Shown here in pieces: positions 1 through 10,523 of a DNA stretch of 64,000 nt; positions within the stretch are counted from its first letter, which is position 1; the number at the start of each line of letters is the position of its first letter. The stretch lies in assembly GCA_951406725.2 (NCBI GenBank), contig OX597825.1, positions 43,152,001 through 43,216,000 on the forward strand. Direction: 5' to 3'. The notes under the pieces were generated by a model, which did no database searches, was not told where the DNA came from, and saw only the letters and a program-made list of their open reading frames with translations. Source of the DNA: Octopus vulgaris (lineage: Eukaryota). A program made the translations under genes and the position numbers.

Positions 1-180
1 GAAGAAGAAGAAGAAGAAGAAGAAGAAGAAGAAGAAGAAGAAGAAGAAGATTGTGCTGACAAGTCCTGCCTACGTCCTTAGAAAAACACTATCCATTTAA
101 ATGATTTGTGTTGTATTAAATGAACATATTTCATTACCTCGGCAAGTGACTGTAACAACGATGCAGATTAAAATTAAATG

Positions 181-219
<39 letters not shown>

Positions 220-243
220 TATACATACATAGATACATACATA
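1..243. repeat. (GAA)n at 1-50, (AAT)n at about 181-218 and (TACA)n microsatellites; representative of dozens of (TA)n, (CA)n, (TATG)n, (TCTA)n and (GA)n tracts across 1-54 kb
   Basis: Direct reading of the tandem units. Confidence 0.97.
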
Positions 244-3200
244 CCAGCAAATGCACCGGTCCTTTGGGCGGTGTAATTTATTATAATGGTACCCTCCTGT
301 GTTTTGTTTAAGTTGAATTAACCCGCAGTTAGAAGTCGTTTCAAGTTAATAAGTGTAAAATATATAATTACCACTTTCGTTGGCAGTTTATGATATGGTA
401 CTAAGCAATTTAGGTAATGAATAAATTGTTTTGAACACAAATTTGGCAGTTAGTAATAAATGAAAGTCCATGTAATGAAATCGCAATGGCAGTAGTCACT
501 ATGGATCCTATATCTTACTTGAAGCCTTGTGTATTATGTACTTATTTTTCTCGTAATTTTTGACACGTCATTGAAGCTTTTTTCAATAAAAGTCATGTAT
601 GATAAAGTAAAGCAAATATTTGTAGCAAACATACAAATAGACTAATGTCCTGTACAAAAATAAATGTCTGCGCATGCTTTTGAGCGGACAGCGTGCGTGA
701 AGTAAAGAGGGTATTAAAAGTAATGTACTGTTAAGAGCAATCATGGAAATGAAACACACTGTCAATGAAATGTTTGGAGGAAGTCTGATTGCTAACGGCT
801 ACAGTTTGGTGTAGATGTGAAGAATGCAGTAGAGGAATAACTAATGTATGGGTGCTTTGTAGACGACGCTTTTTGCTTTTCCTTCAGGAACATTGATGAA
901 TGGCCAACTCTGGCACAAGCGACGTAGAACTGTCCATGTGAAAAGCACGACGTTCGAAGGTTCAATCCGACAAGTTTCAGCGACAGACCTTTCGCATTCT
1001 TAATTGTCATGGCGAAACTGAATTTGAGAGGGAATTGAAGTCTCTGCATAGTGTAGGGGCAGACTGTTTGTGTTAGCGAATTTTAAAAATGAAAACGGTA
1101 TCGTTCTTGCCGTGTCCTGTGATAATTTGTGCTTCAATGACGTGGTCCGTCATTTGTTTGACCACAACGCAAGTTCCATTGTATAGTGTGGGTACGTTTA
1201 GATTGCGTAGGAAGATTTTAAGTGAAATTCATGGAGAGGGAGTCCCGGATGATCTTGAGATTTGAGAAATTATGTTGGAAAGTGTATAACCTAGTCGAGG
1301 TCGGTCACGGTGTCAACTGATCTGTAACAACGTTCTTAAGAAAGTAGCTGACTAAGTTGTAGTTAAGGGTGTGGACAGCTGCATTTGTAGGTGCAAGAAC
1401 AGCTCTATCGCGAAGCCAATCTACTTTTACGTTTTCCGTTGTAAGATTTGGGTGAACGGCAGAACATAAGTCATGAGGGCTGGAGACAGTGTGGCCCATG
1501 GTGGTAGTGTCAAGGTATCCGTTGTCGTCCGACGTAATTTGTCCATTTTAAGGAGCATTTCCGAAAACTGGGTTGTAGCCTGGCCAGTCTGTGGAAGTGG
1601 TCTCATGTTGATGGTAAATTGTTTAGGCATGCGACCAAATGAGGGATTTTTTAAGGCAGGCATGAAATTCATCAGCGGGTGTTCCTTTGGATATACTAAA
1701 CAGAGTTTGATGAAAATCTCCTTCAAGAAGTGGGGTCGCACCTCCAAGACTGTTGTTGTTCGATCTAACGTCTCACATTGTGGTATCAATTGCTTGTAGG
1801 GAACATTTATTGTACATAATTGCCCTCATCCCAAACAATGTGTTTGCACTTTTTCAAAATTGTTGCTTCGTCTGAGGAATGTATTATGTTAGACGTTGGG
1901 TTTGGGGTTTTCTTGATGTGCTACATTGAAAGGCAATTTGAATGGATGGTGTGCTGCTCGTCCCCATCGAGAAGAGTCGACGCTACTTCTGAGGAGGCAA
2001 CAGCAATAGCAAGGTCACCATTATGCTGCAACTTCACAAGAAGATTCAGGGAGGGAATGTTTTTTTCAGTTCCACCGGGTGTGTCTAATAAGATGATTCC
2101 GCTAGTGTGTGTGTAGATGTTTCCAAGGACAAAATTGTATACTTCAGCTTGATCGGAATTCAGAAAGGGCTCGTTGTCAGCAATGTACTGTTTGAGTTTG
2201 TGGATGTTGTAGGATGTTTCTCTGAGAATGAGGCAGTTGGGACAGGCGTCTTCATTTCTGTTTGGAGTGTTTAGAGAATAAGCTTCCAATCGTTGGCCTC
2301 CAATTGCCATGACCAAGTCTTCCAAAAGAAGCCCTCTGTTGTAAATGGCAGGAGTAGTGAGAGTGTCAACGTTACCTGTGATTTGACGAGTCTGCAGCAA
2401 AATGTCATGGCACATTGAAAGTTTGTATTTATTCCAAAGTGAATGAGCGTTTGTCAGTTTGCAGAAAACCAGCATTACTGCAAACGGTGTCGGGGCTTGT
2501 GCGGAGAACGAGAAAGAGAGGCGTCTTCGAGTGCATTATCATATTGATCATCTGTATCCAAAAGTCCACGTTTGGAGTAGCCATCTTTGAAAGTGACCGT
2601 CCACCGTGCGAAGGTCGTCGAAGGAGGTTGGTCCCTTAATGACATGAAATAACAGCCGTAGAAGGAAGTATTCGGAGTTCAAAGGGTGAACGGTGTAGAC
2701 ACGTCTGACTGTGTTGCCTTTGTACACGGCTGGATCCAACTGTGTAGGCCGACCATATTTTCGTCGTTGCTACGAGGAAGATGATTGATTCCCTATATAA
2801 GAATGTAGTGTATCAGAGTATAAAATAGAATTTTACGAAGCGGTTATCTTTGCATAGGCGAAAGAAAGCCGTGAGAGTGGTCTTCGGTGGGGCAGATGCT
2901 TCTTGAATGAAGTTGTCTTTTGTGAAGTAAATTTGCTATTTTTTTCCTAATGAACGTTGAGATGAATCATAGGAGGGTATCATTCGTGAACTGGGAATCC
3001 TAAGATTCTTCATATGGCTTATTTCGTGAATATGTAGCGTCCAGTTTCGAAAAGAGTCACTTCTTCATTTATAAAATCTGTTGATCAGTAGATTTTATTT
3101 GAAAAACAACTCTGTCCGATCCTATGGTAATGTACTTGCATACGTAACATATGGATCTGACAGAATTACAGAATTTGACGTTGATATGTGATTGACATTT

Positions 3201-3560
3201 TTTGCAGAGCATCTTGTTGTAGGGTACGATCCACCGATTGTCAGCCAAAAATGTGTAGTGACGGATACAAATATAATGGAAACAATCAATTTCTGAATGT
3301 TACTTCGCAAAGAGTTACCTACCTGGTCCACATCGTCACCGTTCACCAGAAATGGAGTTTCTTCTGACATTTTCTGACGCTAGAAGTCCCATTACTCCAT
3401 CTTACTCCATAAGCGAAAACTTTAAAGAGTGTAGAGCCATCCGTAGAGCATAAGTGATGTATGTGCCAAGCGTGAAAGAAATCGAATAAAAAATATTGAT
3501 CTTATGTGGAGTCAAGTAATGACCTGTCACATATATACACAAACACACACCGTCTTATAT
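244..3560 (-). mobile_element. Degenerate Helitron, internally deleted
   Basis: Minus-strand 3' end has a GC hairpin (253-274, gcaccg-g-tcc-ttt-ggg-cggtgt) followed by CTGG|T (CTRR) at 247-244. Internal RepHel relics are present. The 5' boundary near 3560 is approximate. Confidence 0.85.
792..3120 (-). pseudogene. Helitron RepHel pseudogene (Rep C-terminus/linker plus PIF1-like SF1 helicase), with frameshifts and stops
   Basis: Translated motifs: QFPLKFSFAMTIKNAKGLSL...FSHGQFYVACARV; RAVLAPTN; LLDTPGGTEK (Walker A relic); AVASSEVASTLLDG; RVYTVHP..EYFLLRLLFHVIKGPTSFDDLRTVDG. Confidence 0.93.
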
Positions 3561-3587
3561 GTGTGTGTGTATGTTTGTGTGTATATT

Positions 3588-3619
<32 letters not shown>

Positions 3620-3622
<3 letters not shown>

Positions 3623-4160
3623 AATTGTTATATTTCGGAATGGTCATGTTGCCAGTTTAGCCAATAAAAACACACGCACTATATATTTGGTGTTATTTTG
3701 CTTCAGTGTTATTTATTTTTACATTAATCTTAATCTTATTTCGGCCAGAGTTCTTTCGTCACACTCATGTGACCGCATCAGTGGTCCTTTGTTTTCTTCT
3801 TTCTTATTTGTGTCTCTCCTTACTAACCGTCAGCCATTTTGTATTTCTATTGTATGTCTTCATTTTCGCATGCTTATATCTCTATGTGCGTTTATGTTTA
3901 TTTAGTGTGTGTATGTGGGGGGATGCCTGTAATATTTGTATCTTCTGTTTATATATGTTCATGTAATTTGTATTTTGTTTTTTGTTTTTGTTGTTTTTGT
4001 TTATTCTTATTTTGTTCATGTGTTTACATCCACTTATTATTATCATTACATATGCTTGTATGTATGTATGTATGTATGTATGTATGTATGTATGTATGTA
4101 TGTATGTATGTATAACAACAATACTAGTAATAATAATTATAAATCGAATCGAAAAAAAAA
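3620..4160 (-). mobile_element. 3' end (pLTR) fragment of a Penelope-like element between (TA)n tracts; same family as 21170-21925
   Basis: Reverse-complement similarity to 21500-21925 (e.g. ggtcatgttgccagtttagccaataaaaacacacgcactatat) and an internal hammerhead motif. Confidence 0.75.
3743..3787 (-). ncRNA. Minimal type-I hammerhead ribozyme motif with an A9->C core substitution
   Basis: Minus strand reads GGACCA CUGAUGC G GUCAC augagu GUGAC GAAA GAAC UC UGGCC. Confidence 0.7.
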
Positions 4161-4175
4161 ATATATATATATATT

Positions 4176-4451
4176 GTTGGCATCCTTTCTGTCTCGGGAG
4201 ACAATGGAGTTGCGCATAAAGTAGTCTAGTCCGGCTTTTATATTTCATGTCCTGATTTCATGTGTCGGCCTTGACACATTTCCTGTGTCCTTATAAATTT
4301 ACGAAGGGGAGACAAATACCCCCAATGGGTAAATATATAAGGACACAGGAAATGTATCAAGGCCGACAGGAAGCGTCGATGCTTCCTAGGGCTAAACAGC
4401 GGTGATGCAATTCCCTTACAGGACTGTCACGTTAGGTTGACAGTAGACAAC

Positions 4452-4452
<1 letters not shown>
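4176..4452. mobile_element. Interspersed repeat fragment with internal inverted arms (about 4264-4301 / 4329-4367), flanked by (TA)n; related to 5880-6115
   Basis: gtcggccttgacacatttcctgtgtccttata pairs with tataaggacacaggaaatgtatcaaggccgac. Confidence 0.6.
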
Positions 4453-4523
<71 letters not shown>

Positions 4524-4772
4524 GTATATATACATGTATGTATGTATGTATGTATCTATGTATGTATGTATGTATTGGTGGACAATCTTGTTGTAAACGA
4601 AGAGGACAGTACCGCAATCTCGCGTAACAATATGCAGAGACGAATTGTTTAGTGTGATCAAATATTTGTGGTGCACATTTCCTCAGTCGCTTCATCGGAT
4701 AGTCATTGCCTGGAAGGTGTACGGGATGTCACAAGTCAAGCGTCAATGCGATCACAGGAAATGAAATGAAAT

Positions 4773-5115
4773 ACAGTTCTATATTTAAGAGATGAGGAAT
4801 TATGTACATTATTTGCATTATTTACATTTGACAGATATTTGTCCTCATCTTGGCGTAGTGGTTAATGCGCGGGCTACTAACTCCAAAATTCCGAGTTCGA
4901 TTCCAGGCAGTGAACAATAATAATAATAATAATAATGATAATAATAATAAGAATAACAACAACTATAATAATAATTACACCGAAAAATACCCTAGGAAAG
5001 AGAACCCAGGTTCGAAATTTCTCCAAGACACCTGATGAAGGCTGGAGGGTGTATCAGCCGAAACGTTGTGTTAACAACAAACAAGATGAGGACAAATATC
5101 CATCAAATATAAATT
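4773..5115 (+). mobile_element. Composite SINE-like element: inverted copy of own 3' tail + tRNA-derived head + (AAT)n + hammerhead; 12-bp TSD
   Basis: TSD ATGAAATGAAAT at 4761-4772 and 5116-5127; A box TGGCGTAGTGG at 4851; B box GTTCGATTCC at about 4895; 4821-4852 is an inverted copy of 5082-5113 (29/32 identical). Confidence 0.8.
5027..5072 (+). ncRNA. Minimal type-I hammerhead ribozyme with intact core
   Basis: GACAC CUGAUGA A GGCUG gaggguguau CAGCC GAAA CG UU / GUGUU: stem I GACAC:GUGUU, stem II 5 bp, palindromic stem III AACGUU. Confidence 0.85.
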
Positions 5116-5127
5116 ATGAAATGAAAT

Positions 5128-5185
5128 GTTTTGCACAAGAACACACAGCCAGTATCTGGAATCGAGCAACATCCTAACCACTAGT
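5128..5185 (-). mobile_element. tRNA-derived SINE head fragment
   Basis: Minus strand agtggttaggatgttgctcgattccagatactggctgtgtgttcttgtgcaaaac shows A/B-box relics plus the start of a core domain. Confidence 0.5.
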
Positions 5186-5210
5186 GTACGACCTGAATAT
5201 CTATGTTTGC

Positions 5211-5253
<43 letters not shown>

Positions 5254-5879
5254 TGTGTGTGTGTGTGTGTGCAAGTGTGTGAGCGTGTGTGCATGTGTGT
5301 GTGTGTGTGTGTGTGTATTGGTGTGTGTACATGTGTATACGAGATATAGATGAATAGAATTAAAGAGGGGAAATGCACAATCTACTCCTTTTGTATTGTA
5401 ATCAATTAAAATAATCCATATATTACTTCAGGGTATGTTATTACACACACCTCTCATTTTTATGATAATGTAAAAATACAATGTCTACTTTTGTTTTTTG
5501 TTAATTTTTCGTCATTTTAGCATATAATCTCTCGACCAGAAATAGCTTCATTGTAGATCCTCTAGCTAACGAAGGCGGTATTGCACTGAACGATATTAAC
5601 CTCTGCTTATAATCACATTAGGTCACAAAGAAGGTAACACTATGTACATCGATATTTAGGCATAGCTGACTAAAAACAATTGAATGATTTAATCATCTGC
5701 ATATTTTGACCGATAGGTTTAATATAATGTTTTAGAACATCAATTAATTGTGTCTTTCGCGATTTTAGCTGTTCGTTTACCATTTTCTTAAATACTTCTT
5801 CATTTTGCAATAATAAATCTCTGAACGAGGTGTAAACAGTAACCGCTGGACAATGTAAAGTATCATAGCCATCTCAATA

Positions 5880-6115
5880 TGGCTAACCACAAAGGGTGGG
5901 TGTTACTGTAGCTTTTAGCCCCAGGAGATCATCGTCTTTAGCTGGCTTTAGGCACACTATCTGTGCCCCTATGGTATTTGCAAAGGGAGGCCATCCCTCT
6001 CTCGTAAGCCTAAGTGATACGCACGGACCGCAGTTTCGAGTTTGTTGCCTCTTGTCAACGGGCGGTAATCACCGGTTTACGATGAAAGGGAAAGCCTATT
6101 TGCAAATACTTAAGT
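5880..6115 (+). mobile_element. Interspersed repeat fragment, same family as 4176-4452 (possibly a LINE 5' region)
   Basis: Shared blocks: tttagcccc/ctagg; acac..ctgtg.cc.tat; aaggg. Confidence 0.4.
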
Positions 6116-7471
6116 ATCTTTCATTTTGGATCTCTTTTTAAGAGAGATTTGGATCTCTTTTTAAGAGGGTTCATAATACTGAGATATTCTGTTGAGGAAA
6201 GTGAATGAGGAGCAGAACCAGAAATAGACGTTGTATACATTGGTACGCATAGATAGTGCATTATTCACATATATCATTTGCTCTATGTGACAAATGTGTA
6301 TCAGTGAGTATTGCAAGATCACGTATGAAAATCCATTATGGAGGAGACAAATATCCTGCGATAATTTTTAAACCTAGGAACTCATTCTATAATTTTCACC
6401 TGCATAAATACAATGGTTGTAGACTAATGAATTTTATTTATTTGTTTGTTTATTTATTTATTTATTCATTAGAAAGTTGATCGATTCAGTTACAAATCGT
6501 GCTTCGGAGCAAATAATGTGTCTGAGAACAGTAGTAGATCATTACATTGATTCGAACAGCCATTTCACATTTTGAATAATTTCCGAGGAGACTGAAAATA
6601 ACAGGTTAAGAAAATAATATTTTGAGGATTTTAATATCAACATTCTATATTGGAATTAGGGATTGAATCGAATTACTTCAACAATGATTATCATTTTCAC
6701 AATACGTGCATAATCTGCAATAAGTTATTCGTACATATATTATTTTCCTACTTTGCGCATAGTAAACAATTAAATGGTAAGAATTGCATTTTTACTTACA
6801 AGCTTGGCTAGACGATGTAAAATTATTTAAAAATATCAATAAACATAAAATTAACTCAGCTTCATTTTCCTTTTCTTCATATCATTGATATACTTTGTTT
6901 CGCTCCCTGAGTTTGAAGGAGGTGAAATATTGGCAAACTCTTTAGTTGTAGTATTTAGTTTCATTAAGCACCAGTTAACGTCGTCTAGATATGTATCCTT
7001 GAATAACTTTTATGAATCAAAGACTCTAAAAGACTCTAAATAAATGTTCATTTGAGATGCTGACTAAAATTTGTTATCCATGAAACAAAGCGACAGTAAT
7101 TATACAAAATTGAACTCAACAAATCAATTGACAACACATCTATTATCATTTTTCGTTCCCCAACTCCCCCTACACAATTTCTTTATTCTTCACCGTCGTT
7201 GTTCGTCTACTTCTCTTCCATATACTGTTGCCATGACATTCACTATTACTATTACTAAGCATTTGTAGCTACAGCCCAAATGCTCATTTCTGTTTCTCAG
7301 GTAGATTTTCTATATCGCTTTGTAAGTATGACTTTGTTTCCCACAAGAAATTTACCTCTTTTCCTCTACCTATCACTCTCTCTTGTTTCTCTCTCTCCCT
7401 CTCCATCTCTCTCTCAAAATATATGTATTCATAGACACACATGCATACAGAGAAACATGTATGTCCATATG

Positions 7472-7504
<33 letters not shown>

Positions 7505-7810
7505 CGTGTGTGTGTGTGCGTATGTATATAATTATTTACATTTATATATCTAAACATATGCAAGCACGCTTACACCAGCGTACAAACTTGCTTCTTTCCA
7601 TGAGATTTAAGAACTATAGTTAGTTCGTGATGTTATTTTTGTAAACAAACTTTCATGTGCTTTTACTGCGATGAATTTTGTTAAGCAGCATCGATTTTTA
7701 CAATTCTGTAAATAATAATAGAAGTATTTTAAAAGCTTAAAGCTTATAAGCGATCATCGTGTAATGACTAAAGAAAATAGTCTAATAATGGGGCATATAA
7801 GCCCTCGACA

Positions 7811-7870
7811 GAAAAAAAAAGTAGGTTTTCCCGCTCGCGTGAGATTCGAACTCACATCTCGACGCTGATT
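7811..7870 (-). other. tRNA-like 3' half (T-arm plus acceptor-like strand) followed by an oligo-T tract; probably SINE-derived, not a complete tRNA
   Basis: Minus strand GTGAG-TTCGAAT-CTCAC-GCGAGCGG...TTTTTTTTT; no D-arm or 5' half is visible. Confidence 0.6.
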
Positions 7871-7871
7871 T

Positions 7872-8461
7872 ATTCTATGTACACACATTCTTGTTCTTTT
7901 ACTGCATGCCAAATATCTTTTAGTTTATGTATTTTCGGTAAGCTGTAAAAGGTGCTGGGTTTTGGCGCGAAATTGGTGATATAGTTTCTTCTGTTATCGG
8001 TGAGTTGTGGTTTGAAACCAGGTTGTTGATCTTCGTTATGATGTGGTGGTCTATATTTGAAGGTATTTCACACAAGAAAGTTGTGTCATTCAGTTGGACC
8101 TCAACCAAATCCTTATAGTGTTCTGCACCCATAATGACAATTGCACTCCTTTTATCAGCTTGTTCAATTATTACTGTTTGATCGTTTTCTATACGGTTAA
8201 GTGCAGACATTTATTGCGTCTAAGGAGAAATTTTGAAAGGATATCAATATATTGGTCAACATAGTTATTTCTTCCTTTAGGTGGGTTGAAATTTGATTTA
8301 TTCTTTACTAGGGATTCATAAATCGCATTACTTATATTAGTTAAGAAGTCTATAAGTCGTAACTTACGACAGAATATTTGGATATCCTCCTTTAGTTCTT
8401 GGTTGTTGACTGTTGATGTAGGTGTAAACTTCAGTCGTAAGTTACGATTTTCTACATCCAA
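7872..8461 (-). pseudogene. Inverted 5' segment of a Penelope-like ORF (N-terminal region up to RT motif 1)
   Basis: LKFTPT..EDIQIFCRKLRL..KSNFNPPKGRN; ALNRIENDQTVIIEQADKRSAIVIM; a frameshifted FYSLPKIHK. Confidence 0.88.
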
Positions 8462-9985
8462 AAGACTTAAAACCTATTATAGTTGATCCAGTATTCCCTA
8501 CCCACCGTCTAAACAATTTTATTGACATTGTCTTGAAACCACAAATTACCTACAAACCCATTTTCATCCAGGATGACATCGAGTTCCTGTCCCATCTTCT
8601 CAAAACAACTGAAACAAATTCATATCTACTTAGTTTTGATGTGGTAAGCCTTTACACCAATCTTCCACGTGATTCAGGAATGAAGGCGATTAAATACTAG
8701 GTAGGAAAACATAGAGAAAGGATCTCAACGGATTTACAGTGCTATTTATATTAGACAATCAGACTTATTCTGCAAAACAAGACATTCTTCTTTAATGGAA
8801 ATAATTACATCCAAATTAAAGGCACGGCGATGGAAACGCGGTTTGCTCCCGTTTACGTGAATTCTGTAATGGGATACTTAGAAGAACAACTCTACCAAGC
8901 ACTGAATTTAGAAATTATATTGAAAAGGCATGGAAGAAATACCTTTACGATTCTTTCATAATCTGAACAGAGTCTCTAAATACTCTAGAAGAGGTCAATA
9001 TCCTCCGGCATAACCTATGCCCATCTCTCCAATTTACAAAGGAGATGAATAGTACCAAATTACAAATCCTAGGTATAATGGTAATTAAAAATGACACTAC
9101 CAGATATATACTACAAACACACGGGCACACATCAATACCTGAATTTTAAGTCGTGCCATCCACCACATACAAAACGCAATATCCCATACTGCCTAACCAG
9201 AAGAATTTTTGCTGTTGTAGAAGATGCGGATATCAGGAACAAACGCCAAACAGAACTAAGAGAACTTTTGATCAAACAAAAATACCCGTCTCTACATATA
9301 GAAAATGGCATGCAGCGGGCTATAAAAATACCCATACAACAACTTAGAAAACCCAAAGAAGTGGAAAACAAGAAAAAGTCATACCCTTTATACCATTTAT
9401 AGACAACCCATGTCACTAGAATATCTTCAGCATTGCCAAAGCAAACCTACCAAGCATTGCTCAAAGTAATGAATTGAAAGATATAATCAGAGATCGAGCT
9501 ATGGTTCTTAGTAAAAAAAACACAACCTAAAAACGTGAAAAAATTATTAATAAAGGCAAAGTTTGACCTTAGCAAGAAAAGCCAACCATTCACTGTATCT
9601 AAATGCAATGATAACCGATGTGGCACATGCCAATTCATGAACACAAAAACCGGAAGTATTTTCACAAACGCAAATATGAACTATAGAAGTAGAAATTTAA
9701 TTTACAGCATCAAATACCAGAATTGTGAAGAACTATATGTGGGTCAGACTTGTAATGCACGGGTCAGACTTGTAATGTACAATCAGAACATTCACGTGTG
9801 CACCGACAGCAAATTAGCGACCCAGATGTCCACCAGATACATCTGAGTGACCGTCTAACAACATGAGGCCGGAAAATATTTATATTTCCATTCTACAAAC
9901 TACACATTCCGAGTGAAATTGAGAGAAAAATCAGAGAAAAGAACTTTATCAATAAATTTCAACCGAAACTAAATAAACAATACTA
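8462..9985 (+). pseudogene. Penelope-like RT plus GIY-YIG endonuclease, disrupted
   Basis: KPII..P..PTHRL; SFDVVSLYTNLP; QIKGTAMETRFAP; DIYYKHTGTHQYLNFKSCHPPHTKRNIPY; CNDNRCGTC; NLIYSIKYQNCEELYVGQT. Confidence 0.93.
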
Positions 9986-10436
9986 CTAATACTTAGAAGT
10001 ACCATTTCTACTGCTACAACCACTAATACTAACAACCACAATACTAAAGGTACTTGTGATGACGATAGCAAGAAAATACTAGCTCAGTCGAGAGAAAAGT
10101 CAGTAAAAATAATATTATTTTGGTGTTTAAAGTTCTTTTCCCGTAGATAATAGATACGTAAAAATCCCTGGGAAATGTTGTTTGCAACATTTCTAAAAAT
10201 AGTCAAAAAATTACAATTGGTCGGGATCAAAATACAGGTCTCTTAACTTGATCAACAAACCGTGACGCCTAAACCAAACACCAATCAAGTAATTTGGTAA
10301 AACCACACACAGATTGGTCAGGATACAGTTTGAAAAAATTAATATTCTGGAGCCTTTACAAGTGTATATATGGCACACAGTTTAGCCAGTTCAGAACAGT
10401 TGTAAATTGCAAAACATAACTGTCACCATTATTACA

Positions 10437-10481
10437 TGATCCTGAAGATTGCATAATTTAATGCATGAAAGTACTAGTTCA
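10437..10481 (+). ncRNA. Minimal type-I hammerhead ribozyme in the 3' pLTR of the PLE
   Basis: UGAUC CUGAAGA U UGCAU aauuua AUGCA U GAAA GUAC UA / GUUCA; palindromic stem III AGUACU. Confidence 0.78.
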
Positions 10482-10523
10482 ATCTATCATTTCATTATAT
10501 TATAATTATCTTATATTATATTA

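Noticed and set aside
4851-4912. Possible tRNA gene
   Set aside because: A/B boxes are present but there is no complete acceptor stem; it is the head of a repeat.
3504-5378. Many 60-130 aa ORFs rich in YI, CV, HT and MYVC repeats, here and throughout the window
   Set aside because: They are translations of (TA)n, (TG)n and (TATG)n microsatellites, which lack stops in some frames.
6125-6168. Short direct tandem duplications (also 9740-9780, 7020-7040, 35007-35041)
   Set aside because: Ordinary slippage or repair duplications with no further structure.
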